A stretch of DNA of 64,000 bases from the NCBI GenBank assembly GCA_043814315.1, contig JBDRKE010000023.1, positions 15,576-79,575 on the forward strand, given 5' to 3'. This document shows, in pieces, positions 18,899-28,851 of this stretch. Below the pieces are notes generated by a model. It was not told where the DNA came from and did not search any database. It worked only from the letters and a program-made list of their open reading frames with translations. The first letter of the stretch is position 1. Each line of letters opens with the position of its first letter. A program made the translations under genes and the position numbers. The DNA comes from Candidatus Omnitrophota bacterium (lineage in GTDB: Bacteria > Omnitrophota > Gorgyraeia > Gygaellales > Profunditerraquicolaceae).

Positions 18899-21800
18899 CT
18901 ATTTACCCTTTTCGGTACGAATGTCCAAGCATAAACCCTGCAATTCTTTTATCAAAACATTGAATGACTCAGGAGTTCCGTGGGATAAGCGCTGTTCCCC
19001 CTTTACGATCGCTTCATAAATACGCGTCCTTCCTGAGACATCATCGCTCTTAACCGTAAGCATCTCCTGCAAGGTAAACGCCGCCCCGTAAGCCTCTAAA
19101 GCCCAAACCTCCATTTCTCCTAATCTCTGGCCGCCAAACTGAGCTTTTCCGCCCAGGGGCTGCTGTGTCACTAAAGAATAAGGCCCTATGGAACGGGCGT
19201 GGATCTTCTCATCCACGAGATGTATCAGCTTCATTATATATAGGTAACCCACGGTCACTTTCTGGTCAAACGGCTCTCCGGAGTAACCATCGTAAAGCGT
19301 GATCTTGCCTTCTTCTGGTAATCCTGCTTTCTCCAGCATCTCTTTGATCTCTGATTCTTTGGCACCGTCAAAAACAGGACAGCTGACATTCAGGCCCAAA
19401 ACCCTGGCTGCCCAGCCCAGATGCGCTTCCAGAAGCTGGCCGACATTCATACGCGAGGGTACCCCCAGGGGATTGAGGACAATCTCTACGGGAGTGCCAT
19501 CCGGCATAAAAGGCATGTTCTCTGCAGCGATGATCCTTGCCACGACGCCTTTATTCCCGTGCCTTCCGGCTAATTTGTCTCCTTCTGAGAGCTTGCGTTT
19601 TGTGGCGACATAGACCACCACTCGTTTTAATACGCCTGCCGGAAGCTCATCGCCCCTGCGCACCTTTTCAATCTCCTGCTCTTCCTCGGCCATTAATTCC
19701 TGAATCTGTTCGTCAAAAGAAGCGGCAAGAATCTTTGCTTCCTCGTTATCGCTAAAATTCAGCTTTTCTATTTTTCTGCTATCCACGCCTAAAAGGCTTG
19801 CCAACCGCGCGATCTTTTCCCCGCGCACGAACTCAATCTCCTGTTTGTAGTACGCCTTTAATTCCTTGATCTTAACCAACTCTTTTGTTTTTTCTTCCTT
19901 GGATTTCCTGCCGCGCTCCTTGCGCGAGAATACGTGTACGTCTATCACCACGCCCTCAACGCCCGGAGGAGCGATTAACGACGTATCCCTGACATCCCCG
20001 GCCTTCTCTCCGAATATGGCGCGCAGGAGCCTCTCTTCCGGAGAAGGCTCAGAATCTGTTTTGGGAGTAATTTTTCCGACAAGGATGTCTCCGGGGCCAA
20101 CCTCTGCGCCGATACGTATGATACCGGTCTCATCCAAATTCCTCAAGGCCTCTTCGCTAACATTGGGGATATCGCGGGTGACTTCCTCATTACCGAGCCT
20201 TGTTTCCGTAGCTTCTAACTCAAATTCCTCCACATGGATAGAGGTGAACTGATCCTCCCGGATTAATTTTTCGCTGACGAGAATGGCGTCTTCAAAATTA
20301 TAACCTCGCCAGGGCATAAAGGCGCATAAAATGTTTTTGCCTAAAGCCAACTCACCGTGTTTCGTACTCATGCCGTCAGCAATAATCTGCCCCTTATCAA
20401 CGTGCTCTCCTAATGTAACCAAGGGCCTCTGGTTCAAGCAGGTATCGGCATTGGTACGCAGGAACTTCTTTAAATGATATATTCTCTTGCCTACGGTAAT
20501 GGAGGAGGAATCCACGCTATTGACCTTTCCGGATTCTTCCGCGACAACCACGGTGCCCGAATCGCGAGCCACTTTTTCTTCTATCTGGGTGCCGACGATG
20601 GGCGATTCCGTTATCATAAGAGGCACGGCCTGGCGCTGCATATTGGAACCCATAAGCGCACGGTTTGCATCGTCGTGCTCCAAGAAAGGAATCAAGGACG
20701 CCGCCACAGAAACCAATTGCTTGGGAGAAACATCCATGTATTCGACTTGCTTGCCGGCGACTTTCGGAAAATCGTCTTTATACCGACAGGAGACTTCCCG
20801 CTCCAGGAAACATCCGTTTTCATCCAGAGGAACACTGGCCTGAGCGATAACCTTCTCTTGCTCTATATCCGCGGTCAAATAATCAATCTTCTTAGTCACG
20901 CGGCCGTCTTCGACTTTTCTGTAAGGAGTCTCCAAGAGCCCCAGGGGATTGACGCGCGCATACGTGCTTAAGGAGGCGATCAATCCGATATTCGGCCCTT
21001 CCGGAGTTTCTATGGGGCAGACCCTGCCGTAATGCGAAGGATGAATATCGCGCACCTCAAAACCAGCGCGTTCACGGGATAATCCGCCGGGGCCAAGGGC
21101 GCTTAACCTTCGCTTATGCGTCATCTCCGCCAGAGGATTCACCTGATCCATGAACTGAGACAGCTGGCTCCTAGAAAAGAAATCACGGATCTGGTTGGAT
21201 AATAACTTTGAATTGATGAGGTAATGGACGTTGAGATTATCAAATTCGCCTAAGATGCTCAACCGCTCTCTGATGGAACGTTCCACGCGGCTCATGCCGA
21301 TTCTCACCTGGTTCTGAACCAATTCTCCCACAGTCTTGACGCGGCGGTTTCCCAGATGGTCTATATCGTCGATTTTGCCCACGCCTTCCTGAAGCTTGAT
21401 AAGGTACTCGATCACCTTGATCACCGTATCCGAATCAAGGATTCTTTTTTCCAAGGACACGTTCATCCCCAGCTTTCTATTAAGAATAAATCTTCCCGCC
21501 CTCTCCAGGTCATATCGGGCAGGGTCAAAAAATAATCTATAGAACAAGCCTTCGGCTGCCTCTTTGGTGATAGGCTCCGTGGGCCGCATTTTGCGATAAA
21601 AATCAAGGTAGGCCTCATCCTTATTCTTTGTATAATCTTTTTTCATAGTATTGATGATTTCGGGATACTCTTTTTGAAAGGCATTATGGATCTGGGCGTC
21701 TTGCGAAAATCCAAGGATCCTGAGGATCTGTGTGGCGGGAAAGTTCCTTCGTCTGTCTACGTAGGCAATGATGGTTTCAGTAAGGTCGTATTTGAATTCC

Positions 21801-22303
21801 AGCCATGCCCCCCTGTAAGGGATGACTCTGCCGTAAAAAATCTTTTTTCCCGTAGGATGCAGCTCTTCTTCAAAAGAGACTCCGGGAGACCGCTGCAGCT
21901 GGCTCACCACCACGCGCTCGTCTCCGTTGATGATAAATGTTCCTGTCTCGGTCATCAGGGGCATCTCGCCAAAATAGGCATCCTGTTCCTTGGTTTCGTG
22001 GGGCGTGGTCAATCTAAACTTTACCTTTAACGCAGAGGCATAGGTTAAAGCCCTGATCCTGGACTCAGCGATAGAGTATTTTGGTTTTCCCAGAGAATAG
22101 CTGATGAACTCTAACTTCACGGAACGGTTGGCATTCTCTATCGGAAAAATGTCTTCAAAGACCTCCTGAAGCCCTTGACGCTGCCTCTCTGTCCAGGGGA
22201 CATCCATCTGTAAAAAATCATAATAGGGCACAAGCTGCACGTCTAAAAGGTTAGGCAGGTGGTAAACTTCTTTTAACTTAGCAAAATTTTTGCGCTTAAT
22301 CAT
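18899..22303 (-). CDS. rpoB: DNA-directed RNA polymerase subunit beta
   Basis: 1134 aa, conserved beta-subunit blocks (e.g. [25 protein letters not shown]). Confidence 0.97.
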   Translation of the reverse strand: MIKRKNFAKLKEVYHLPNLLDVQLVPYYDFLQMDVPWTERQRQGLQEVFEDIFPIENANRSVKLEFISYSLGKPKYSIAESRIRALTYASALKVKFRLTTPHETKEQDAYFGEMPLMTETGTFIINGDERVVVSQLQRSPGVSFEEELHPTGKKIFYGRVIPYRGAWLEFKYDLTETIIAYVDRRRNFPATQILRILGFSQDAQIHNAFQKEYPEIINTMKKDYTKNKDEAYLDFYRKMRPTEPITKEAAEGLFYRLFFDPARYDLERAGRFILNRKLGMNVSLEKRILDSDTVIKVIEYLIKLQEGVGKIDDIDHLGNRRVKTVGELVQNQVRIGMSRVERSIRERLSILGEFDNLNVHYLINSKLLSNQIRDFFSRSQLSQFMDQVNPLAEMTHKRRLSALGPGGLSRERAGFEVRDIHPSHYGRVCPIETPEGPNIGLIASLSTYARVNPLGLLETPYRKVEDGRVTKKIDYLTADIEQEKVIAQASVPLDENGCFLEREVSCRYKDDFPKVAGKQVEYMDVSPKQLVSVAASLIPFLEHDDANRALMGSNMQRQAVPLMITESPIVGTQIEEKVARDSGTVVVAEESGKVNSVDSSSITVGKRIYHLKKFLRTNADTCLNQRPLVTLGEHVDKGQIIADGMSTKHGELALGKNILCAFMPWRGYNFEDAILVSEKLIREDQFTSIHVEEFELEATETRLGNEEVTRDIPNVSEEALRNLDETGIIRIGAEVGPGDILVGKITPKTDSEPSPEERLLRAIFGEKAGDVRDTSLIAPPGVEGVVIDVHVFSRKERGRKSKEEKTKELVKIKELKAYYKQEIEFVRGEKIARLASLLGVDSRKIEKLNFSDNEEAKILAASFDEQIQELMAEEEQEIEKVRRGDELPAGVLKRVVVYVATKRKLSEGDKLAGRHGNKGVVARIIAAENMPFMPDGTPVEIVLNPLGVPSRMNVGQLLEAHLGWAARVLGLNVSCPVFDGAKESEIKEMLEKAGLPEEGKITLYDGYSGEPFDQKVTVGYLYIMKLIHLVDEKIHARSIGPYSLVTQQPLGGKAQFGGQRLGEMEVWALEAYGAAFTLQEMLTVKSDDVSGRTRIYEAIVKGEQRLSHGTPESFNVLIKELQGLCLDIRTEKGK

Positions 22304-22373
22304 AATATTTAGTTTCCCAGTTTTCCGGTTGGCCTATTTGCCAATTAAACTGGCTAACCGGCGAACTGGCTAA

Positions 22374-22760
22374 CTATTTAAGTTCAACAGTAGCACCCGC
22401 CGCTTCCAGCTTCTTCTTCAACTCTTCTGCTTCTTCTTTCGGAACGCCTTCTTTAACGGGTTTGGGCGCAGCATCAACCAGGTCTTTGGCTTCTTTTAAG
22501 CCAAGGCTGGTCATAGATCTCACCTCTTTAATCACCGAGATTTTATTAGGTCCTACGCTGGCTAAAACCACGCTAAAAGTGGTTTTTTCTTCTGCGGGGC
22601 TAGCTGCGCCAGCCTGGCCAGCTCCGGCAGCGGCAACCGCCATCATTGGCATATTCGCCTTGACGTCGAATTTCTCCTCCAGCGCTTTCACAAGGCCCGA
22701 AAGCTCTAAAACCGTCATGCTCTCAATAGATTTGATGAGTTCCTCTAATTTTTCTGCCAT
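22374..22760 (-). CDS. rplL: 50S ribosomal protein L7/L12
   Basis: Ala-rich hinge and C-terminal KEAKDLV...[13 protein letters not shown]. Confidence 0.95.
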   Translation of the reverse strand: MAEKLEELIKSIESMTVLELSGLVKALEEKFDVKANMPMMAVAAAGAGQAGAASPAEEKTTFSVVLASVGPNKISVIKEVRSMTSLGLKEAKDLVDAAPKPVKEGVPKEEAEELKKKLEAAGATVELK

Positions 22761-22834
22761 ATCTTTCTCCTTTCAGTCAAAAAAGTTTACAGTGTGCAGC
22801 TTATAATATGCGGCGTTATGCTGTTAATTGTAAA

Positions 22835-23365
22835 CTATTTTTCCTTCTTTTTTTGTTGAATCTGATCCAGGCAATAAACGAGCTTGCTCAAGATCTGGTT
22901 TAACGCAAACACCAATCCCGAAATCGGTGCATTTAACGTCATGACGACCTGCGCCCTGAGGGCCTCTCTCGAAGGCAGCTTTGACATGAATTCGATATCT
23001 TTGACCTCAAGGAACTTATCATTTAAAATTCCCCCTTCTAATTTCAATTGTTCATGATCTTTGGAGAAACCGCATAAGACTTTAGAGGTGGCGACCGGCT
23101 CTTCTTTGACAAACACCATACCGCAAGGCCCCTGGATCATCTTAACCAAAGGCTCTAAGCCAACTGACGCAAGCGCTCTGCAGGCAACACTGTTTTTGAC
23201 GACAAAGAGGGAGGCGTTTGAATTCCTTAAATTCTGCCTTAAAGAACTTAAGTCCGGGCTGGATAAACCGGAGTATCTCAGGATTATAACGGCACTGGAA
23301 TCTTTAAGGTAATTCTTGATGCGATTCTGTGATGCCTCTTTAAATAGAATGCCGAGTTTCTTCAT
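22835..23365 (-). CDS. rplJ: 50S ribosomal protein L10
   Basis: uL10-like, located between rplA and rplL; only 3 nt after the rplA stop. Confidence 0.9.
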   Translation of the reverse strand: MKKLGILFKEASQNRIKNYLKDSSAVIILRYSGLSSPDLSSLRQNLRNSNASLFVVKNSVACRALASVGLEPLVKMIQGPCGMVFVKEEPVATSKVLCGFSKDHEQLKLEGGILNDKFLEVKDIEFMSKLPSREALRAQVVMTLNAPISGLVFALNQILSKLVYCLDQIQQKKKEK

Positions 23366-23368
23366 GCG

Positions 23369-24049
23369 TTATATCGCTATCCTCAGTCCAGGGTTCATCG
23401 ATGATGAAATCGCCAATGTCCGGATAAACTTGCCTTTTACCGTAGCGGGCTTGGCTTCATTGAGCGCCTCGATGACCTTGGTAGAGTTATCGAACAGTTT
23501 GTCTTCTTCAAAAGAACTTTTCCCTATAGAGAGATGGATTCCTCCCTGCTTGTCCACGCGGAATTCTACCTTGCCTTTTCGTACCTCATCCAAGGCTTTG
23601 ACGACATCATTGGTGACCGTGCCGGTTTTAGGGCTGGGCATGAGTCCGCGCGGCCCAAGGACCTTCCCCAGTTTACTTAAGTCCTTCATCATCTCGGGCG
23701 TTGCCAGACACACATCAAAATCCATGAATCCTGCGGCGATTTTATCCATCAAGTCATTGGCGCCCACGTAATCCGCATGGGCCTCGCGAGCCATCTTCTC
23801 CTGCTCGCCTTTGCAAAAAACCGCTACCTTCAACTTTTTACCTGTTCCGTGCGGCAGGAGCACTGTGCCGCGGACCATCTGTTCCGATTTCTTCGTATCC
23901 ACATTCAAATGAAAATGCAGATCCACCGAGCCGTCAAATTTAGGAGGGGCCATCTTTTTAATAACCCCGATTGCCTCTTTAAGCTGGTAGAAGTTATCCT
24001 GCTGAACCTGCTTACTCGACTCTTTATGTCTCTTGCTTCTGGTCTTCAT
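23369..24049 (-). CDS. rplA: 50S ribosomal protein L1
   Basis: uL1-like (LPHGTGKKLKVAVF ... GPRGLMPSPKTGTVT). Confidence 0.95.
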   Translation of the reverse strand: MKTRSKRHKESSKQVQQDNFYQLKEAIGVIKKMAPPKFDGSVDLHFHLNVDTKKSEQMVRGTVLLPHGTGKKLKVAVFCKGEQEKMAREAHADYVGANDLMDKIAAGFMDFDVCLATPEMMKDLSKLGKVLGPRGLMPSPKTGTVTNDVVKALDEVRKGKVEFRVDKQGGIHLSIGKSSFEEDKLFDNSTKVIEALNEAKPATVKGKFIRTLAISSSMNPGLRIAI

Positions 24050-24068
24050 AAGAGCTTAAAAGTTGTTT

Positions 24069-24494
24069 TTATCCTTCCACGACAATGCCCATGCTTCTGG
24101 CTGTGCCTTCGATAATCTTGGATGCCATCGCCAAGTCTGAAGTGTTAAGATCCTGCATTTTCTGCTTAGCGATCTCTTCTACCTGCTTTTTGGTAACTTT
24201 GCCGATGACCTCTTTCCCGCTTATTCCTGAGGCCTTGGCAAGATTCGCTGCGCGCTTGAGCAAAATCGATGAAGGCGGACTCTTGATAATAAAACTGAAT
24301 GTCCTATCCTCATAGACGCTGATAACAACGGGCAAGATCAGGCCTTCGCGGCTCTTGGTCTGGTCGTTAAATTGTTTGCAGAACTGCATGATATTAACGC
24401 CGTGCTGGCCTAAAGCAGGCCCGACCGGCGGCGCAGGATTGGCCTGGCCGGCAGGAACGTGCAATTTAATCTGTGCGTTTATTCTTTTGGCCAT
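24069..24494 (-). CDS. rplK: 50S ribosomal protein L11
   Basis: uL11-like ([30 protein letters not shown]). Confidence 0.95.
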   Translation of the reverse strand: MAKRINAQIKLHVPAGQANPAPPVGPALGQHGVNIMQFCKQFNDQTKSREGLILPVVISVYEDRTFSFIIKSPPSSILLKRAANLAKASGISGKEVIGKVTKKQVEEIAKQKMQDLNTSDLAMASKIIEGTARSMGIVVEG

Positions 24495-24495
24495 T

Positions 24496-25023
24496 TCAAA
24501 CCTTCTCCACTTGCCAGTACTCTAATTCCACGGGCGTAGACCTTCCAAAAATGGAAACGCTCACCTTGACTTTTCCTTTTTCAGGATGAATTTCTTCAAT
24601 CGTTCCGTTGAAATTCAGAAAGGGGCCTTCGGTGATGCGGACCTGTTCTCCCTTTTCAAAAATGACCTTGGGGCTGGGCTTGACCTGCGTTTCTTCTGTT
24701 TTCTTCAGGATACTATCAACTTCAGATTGAGGCAGGGGCATGGGTTTTCTACCAGGGCCAATAAATCCCGTTACTCCGGGAACAGTTTTAATAAACAGGT
24801 AGGTTGCCTCATTAAGCTCCATTTCCAGGAGGAGGTAACCGGGGAAAAATTTCCTCTGTGTTATCTTCTTTTTTCCGGAACGCACTTCCGAAACCTGCTC
24901 TGTGGGAATGATCACTTTGGAAATCAGCTCCTGCATTCCGTCTCTGGTTATTTTATACTCAATGGATGTTTTAACCTTTTCCTCAGAACCTGTTTGCGTA
25001 TGGACAACGTACCAGCGCTTCAC
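24496..25023 (-). CDS. nusG: Transcription termination/antitermination factor NusG
   Basis: [17 protein letters not shown] domain and C-terminal KOW; GTG start; secE-nusG-rplK order. Confidence 0.93.
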   Translation of the reverse strand: MKRWYVVHTQTGSEEKVKTSIEYKITRDGMQELISKVIIPTEQVSEVRSGKKKITQRKFFPGYLLLEMELNEATYLFIKTVPGVTGFIGPGRKPMPLPQSEVDSILKKTEETQVKPSPKVIFEKGEQVRITEGPFLNFNGTIEEIHPEKGKVKVSVSIFGRSTPVELEYWQVEKV

Positions 25024-25071
25024 CCCGTTAGAAACTCCTCTCTCCCCGTTAAAAATAAGTTTCTAACGGGG
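25023..25071. repeat. 13-bp perfect inverted repeat filling the secE|nusG gap
   Basis: ccccgttagaaac ... gtttctaacgggg; termini similar to the pilin MITE TIR. Confidence 0.85.
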
Positions 25072-25072
25072 C

Positions 25073-25264
25073 TCATCTCAGTAACAGACTTAGCCCTTTA
25101 GAAAGAAAGATATCTACCGCCCCGATAAATGCGGCCATAAGAGCCGTGACGGTGATAACGACGATTGTCGAATCAATCAATTCCTGCCGGGAGCTCCAGG
25201 CGACTTTCCCTAATTCGGCTTTGACCTCTTTAATAAAACCAATCGGTTTTTGAATTAACTTCAT
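25073..25264 (-). CDS. secE: Preprotein translocase subunit SecE
   Basis: 63-aa single-TM protein immediately upstream of nusG. Confidence 0.85.
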   Translation of the reverse strand: MKLIQKPIGFIKEVKAELGKVAWSSRQELIDSTIVVITVTALMAAFIGAVDIFLSKGLSLLLR

Positions 25265-25312
25265 GCGGCGCCTTTACAGGGGGCGCAGGAACCTATCCTG
25301 CACTCTTTTCTG

Positions 25313-25383
25313 CAGGAGCGGCAGGAGTCGAACCTGCAGTCACGGTTTTGGAGACCGTTGGTTTGCCATTAACCGACGCTCCT
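25313..25383 (-). tRNA. tRNA-Trp (anticodon CCA)
   Basis: Hand-folded cloverleaf: acceptor AGGAGCG/CGCTCCT, D stem GGTT/AACC, anticodon stem ACGGT/ACCGT with loop CTCCAAA, T arm GCAGG-TTCGACT-CCTGC. 71 nt, CCA not encoded. Confidence 0.85.
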
Positions 25384-25401
25384 ATCCTTCTCCCGCAAGC
25401 T

Positions 25402-25551
25402 TCACTTAATCTCCTTATGCAAAGTGTGCTTTTGACACATCCTGCAAAACTTACTAGTTTCCAGCCTATCCTGATGCTTCTTCTTGTTTTTTTTCGTGGT
25501 ATAGTTTCTGTTTTTACAAACCGTGCACTCTAATGTGATGATTTCACGCAT
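25402..25551 (-). CDS. rpmG: 50S ribosomal protein L33
   Basis: Not in the ORF track (49 aa). Manual translation gives [49 protein letters not shown], with the CxxC...CxxC pairs typical of L33. Confidence 0.85.
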   Translation of the reverse strand: MREIITLECTVCKNRNYTTKKNKKKHQDRLETSKFCRMCQKHTLHKEIK

Positions 25552-25633
25552 AGCTTAATAGTTTTATTGGGTTAAGATGCGTATTAATTCAGCACTTATT
25601 TGATAATTATTCTGTCAAACAAATAAGCGCTGA

Positions 25634-25691
25634 ATAAGTTCGGGCTTATAAGTTACGTCGCCTCCGGCTCCGTAACTTATGCCCTCACTTA
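25634..25691 (-). repeat. Family 1 short form (module-C hairpin only) directly after tRNA-Thr
   Basis: mRNA sense TAAGTGAGGGC-ATAAGTTACG-loop-CGTAACTTAT-AAGCCCGAACTTAT. Confidence 0.8.
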
Positions 25692-25764
25692 AGCTGGAGA
25701 CGAGAATCGAACTCGTGACCCCGTCCTTACCAAGGACGTGCTCTACCGACTGAGCTACTCCAGC
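25692..25764 (-). tRNA. tRNA-Thr (anticodon GGT)
   Basis: Hand-folded cloverleaf: acceptor GCTGGAG/CTCCAGC, D arm GCTC-AGTCGGTA-GAGC, anticodon stem CGTCC/GGACG with loop TTGGTAA, T arm ACGAG-TTCGATT-CTCGT. 73 nt. Confidence 0.88.
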
Positions 25765-25897
25765 AATATGGATTTGCTCTGTCGAGCGCAAAAAAATCCC
25801 ACAAAGAATTTCTCAAAAATTCTTTATAACCCTATGCAATAACAATCTATTGGTGGAAACTGATGAACTGGTTACTTAGGTAGATTGTAAATAATAG

Positions 25898-25926
25898 AAT
25901 ATATACTATAAAACCTATTTTGTCAA
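25898..25926 (-). promoter_or_regulatory. Sigma70-type promoter upstream of tRNA-Thr/rpmG/tRNA-Trp/secE
   Basis: Minus strand reads TTGACA-17 nt-TATATT (-35 at 25926-25921, -10 at 25903-25898). Confidence 0.6.
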
Positions 25927-25933
25927 TAGTTTT

Positions 25934-26722
25934 TTAAACTATTTTCGATAAATTCATAAAATCTTCCAGGGTAAGGTATTCGGGCCGGATATTCCTGTCT
26001 TTTGAAGAGAGGCTAAAAAAGCGTTCCAGAGACTCTTCCGGGACCAATCCAGCCAAACTATTCCTCAATGTCTTCCTGCGCTGGCCAAAGGCGGTGCGGA
26101 TGATTAGAAATAACAGCTTTTCGCCTTCTGGTTGCAGAATGGGCTTTGGACGGATTTTTAATCGGATGAAACTGGAATCCACTTTAGGGACGGGAAAAAA
26201 GCAGCCCTTGCTGATCGTAAACAGGACTTCGGGGTGCGCGTAGTACTGCACAAAACAACTCAGGCTTGCGTACGCCTTGGAGCCCGCAGAAGCCACCAGT
26301 CTCTCGGCAAACTCCTTCTGGACTGTCATAAAAATACAATCGATCTTTTCCCGGCAGTTAAACAGATACTCAATGATGGGCGTAGAAATATAATACGGGA
26401 TATTCCCCAGAACTTTTATCTTACTTTTCAATCTTTGAAAATGTTTATTAAAATCAAATTCCAATATATTCTGCTGGATCACTTTGATATTGGGGAGCTC
26501 CCCCGCAAGATTCCTTAACACGCTGCATAGCTGCGCATCAATTTCTAACGCATAAACCCGCTTTGCCTTCTTAGCCACCCATCGCGTGAGCTCTCCCCTT
26601 CCCGCACCGATCTCTAAGTAAACTTCCTTGCCGTCAAGTTCCAGATACTCGAGGATCTTTCTCTGAATATTCTTATCTACCAGGAAATTCTGGCCGAGTC
26701 TCTTCTTTGGTTTAAAGTGCAT
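25934..26722 (-). CDS. rsmA: 16S rRNA (adenine1518/1519-N6)-dimethyltransferase
   Basis: KKRLGQNFLVD and the SAM-binding block EIGAGRGELT. The ORF extends to a GTG at 26758, but ATG 26722 (MHFKPKKRLGQNFL) is more plausible. pdxA-rsmA synteny. Confidence 0.88.
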   Translation of the reverse strand: MHFKPKKRLGQNFLVDKNIQRKILEYLELDGKEVYLEIGAGRGELTRWVAKKAKRVYALEIDAQLCSVLRNLAGELPNIKVIQQNILEFDFNKHFQRLKSKIKVLGNIPYYISTPIIEYLFNCREKIDCIFMTVQKEFAERLVASAGSKAYASLSCFVQYYAHPEVLFTISKGCFFPVPKVDSSFIRLKIRPKPILQPEGEKLLFLIIRTAFGQRRKTLRNSLAGLVPEESLERFFSLSSKDRNIRPEYLTLEDFMNLSKIV

Positions 26723-27681
26723 TTTATGGCCAACCGAATGGCTTCGATTAATGAACACGGATCCGCCAGATGCCTTTTTTTAGCAATATCGAAGGCCGTT
26801 CCGTGCAAAGGAGAAGTCCGCACAAAGGGAAGGCCCAGCGTCATGTTGACCCCAAAGTTTTCTCTGAATAATTTCAGGGGGATGAGGGCCTGGTCATGGT
26901 ACATAGCAATCACGGCATCGTAAGAGCCTTGAAAAGCCCTGGCAATGGCAACATCCGAAGCCAAGGGGCCCTCTAAATCTTTTATTTTGTTTTTTAACTT
27001 TTTTAAGACGGGCTTTACGAGCTTATTCTCTTCCCAGCCGATAACTCCGTTATCGGAGGCATGGGGATTTAATCCGCAAACGACCAGCCTTGGGTGCTTT
27101 AGTAAAAACAATATTCTTAAAGCATGATACGTCATCAAAATGGTCTTGGATAACCTTGCGGCGGCTAAGGCCTGGGAGACGCAGGACAACGGTATGTGGC
27201 GGGTCGCCAGACTAAATCTTATCCGCCTATTTAAAAGCATCATCACTAAATCTTTGGTATGGGTCTTTTCGGAAAAATACTCTGTGTGCCCCGCATATCG
27301 CAAAGACGCCCTTTTCACTGCCTCTTTGGAAATAGGGCAGGTCACCAGGCAATCTAGTTCTTTGTTTCTTAAAAGCTCTAAGGCCTTGTCCAGATATTCT
27401 ATAGACGCCCAGCCGTATTCCGCCCTGACCTTTCCAAACTCGAAACCCACTCTATTGACATTCTTCAGATCTACAAAATTGAATTTTTTGGATTTTGGAT
27501 TTTGCCTGCCTGCCGGACAGGCAGGGATTTTGGATTTTTCAAAAACCCATGCATCCCCTATCACCGTGAACTCTGCCTCGGGCTTCAGATAACTAAGGGC
27601 TTTGGCCGTGATGGCCGCTCCGATCCCGGAAGGATCGCCCATCGTAATTCCGACTCTTATCTTTCCTTTCTGTTTACTCAT
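26677..27681 (-). CDS. pdxA: 4-hydroxythreonine-4-phosphate dehydrogenase
   Basis: GITMGDPSGIG N-terminus and HTEYF, PHASDNG, HGTAFDIA blocks. Start taken at ATG 27681; the ORF-track start 27738 is a TTG inside repeat DNA. Confidence 0.85.
   Translation of the reverse strand: MSKQKGKIRVGITMGDPSGIGAAITAKALSYLKPEAEFTVIGDAWVFEKSKIPACPAGRQNPKSKKFNFVDLKNVNRVGFEFGKVRAEYGWASIEYLDKALELLRNKELDCLVTCPISKEAVKRASLRYAGHTEYFSEKTHTKDLVMMLLNRRIRFSLATRHIPLSCVSQALAAARLSKTILMTYHALRILFLLKHPRLVVCGLNPHASDNGVIGWEENKLVKPVLKKLKNKIKDLEGPLASDVAIARAFQGSYDAVIAMYHDQALIPLKLFRENFGVNMTLGLPFVRTSPLHGTAFDIAKKRHLADPCSLIEAIRLAIKCTLNQRRDSARISW
27485..27540. repeat. cctgcctg-ccgga-caggcagg hairpin flanked by ggattttgg direct repeats, inside pdxA
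   Basis: Hairpin at 27505-27525; direct repeats on both sides; read in frame as KSKIPACPAGRQNPKSKK. Confidence 0.8.
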
Positions 27682-27786
27682 CTGCCATAACGAATGATTA
27701 ACATGAAAAATCCCAAATCCAAATATTTCCAAATCCAAAATAAATCCCTAATCCAAAACTATTTGGGATTTTGAAATTGGGATTAC
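27682..27786. repeat. Word-built hairpin spacer (aaatcc / ggattt words), surA-like|pdxA gap
   Basis: aaaaatcccaaatccaaat...aaatccctaatccaaaac opposite tttgggattttgaaattgggatt. Confidence 0.8.
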
Positions 27787-28851
27787 TCATGAGTTATCCT
27801 GAAGTATCTTGATGTACGCCTTCTTTTTGAGCCCATCAAGCCAATTCGAAAACTGCTCCTGCATTTTTAAATCGAAGAGATAGGCCTGGATTCTCACCTG
27901 GGCCTCTGAAAGGGTAAGTTGTCGCGGAGGTGTTATCTTGAGTAGTTTGAAAATGTAAAATTTGTTGTTGACTTTTAAGGGCTGAGAGTATTCGCCCGGA
28001 TTTAAGCTGCAGACCTTCTCTTCTATATCCTGGCGAAGCCCTCCATCGCGCTTAGCCACAATCTTATCGACTGTAAGAGGGAATCTTTTCTGTAAATCCT
28101 CCAATTTCTGTCCGGATCTAAACAGATTCTCGAACTCTCTGGCTGAGTCTTCCCTGTCTGTGTCCAGTATAACGATGTCGCATTCACGCTCTTCTCCAGT
28201 TACAAATTCCTTCATGTTTTTGTTATAAAAGGTCGTGACTTCATCGGGCCTGATCATGATTTTATCCTGGACGCTTTGCTCTACTATCATATACATAAGC
28301 ATTTGCTCCCGTATCTTCCTCTCCAGATCCGCCTGAACCAGGCCTTGTTTGGCTAAGTCATTCTGAAAATCTGCCTCCGAGGAGTAATGCCTTCTGATCT
28401 CGTTGATCTTTGCCTTGATCCTATTATCGTCTACCTTCACGTTTATGGCCTTGGCTTCCTGCAAAATAAGACGGTCCTCGATCAATTTCTCCAACAGATC
28501 CTTCCTTGTGGCCTCAATGCGTTTTTCGGCCTCGGCTTCATTATATTCCCTGGACAGCTGCAGCTGTGTAAAATTGAAAAAATCATTCAGGTCCCTCTGG
28601 GTAATTGCCTCGTTATTGACGACGGCAACGATTTTATCCTGCGCATAAACGGTAGAAATTCCAAATACAAAATTCCAAATAAGCACCAATACCCAAATGA
28701 CCAAAAAACGAAACTTAAAATAATGAAAAATTGGGATTTGGGTACCTCGACTCCGCTCGATACCAATGGTGAACGAAGTCGATCCATTGGAATTGGCATT
28801 TGTTTGGGATTTGGGATTTGGAAATTTGGATTTTAAGAAGTGATTAGTCAT
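27787..28851 (-). CDS. surA: SurA-like periplasmic chaperone / parvulin-type PPIase
   Basis: Signal-peptide-like VIWVLVLIWNFVFGISTVYA, SurA-N-like helical region and one parvulin-like domain; surA-pdxA-rsmA synteny. The first ~45 codons are repeat words, so the true start is probably downstream (e.g. TTG 28704). Confidence 0.6.
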   Translation of the reverse strand: MTNHFLKSKFPNPKSQTNANSNGSTSFTIGIERSRGTQIPIFHYFKFRFLVIWVLVLIWNFVFGISTVYAQDKIVAVVNNEAITQRDLNDFFNFTQLQLSREYNEAEAEKRIEATRKDLLEKLIEDRLILQEAKAINVKVDDNRIKAKINEIRRHYSSEADFQNDLAKQGLVQADLERKIREQMLMYMIVEQSVQDKIMIRPDEVTTFYNKNMKEFVTGEERECDIVILDTDREDSAREFENLFRSGQKLEDLQKRFPLTVDKIVAKRDGGLRQDIEEKVCSLNPGEYSQPLKVNNKFYIFKLLKITPPRQLTLSEAQVRIQAYLFDLKMQEQFSNWLDGLKKKAYIKILQDNS

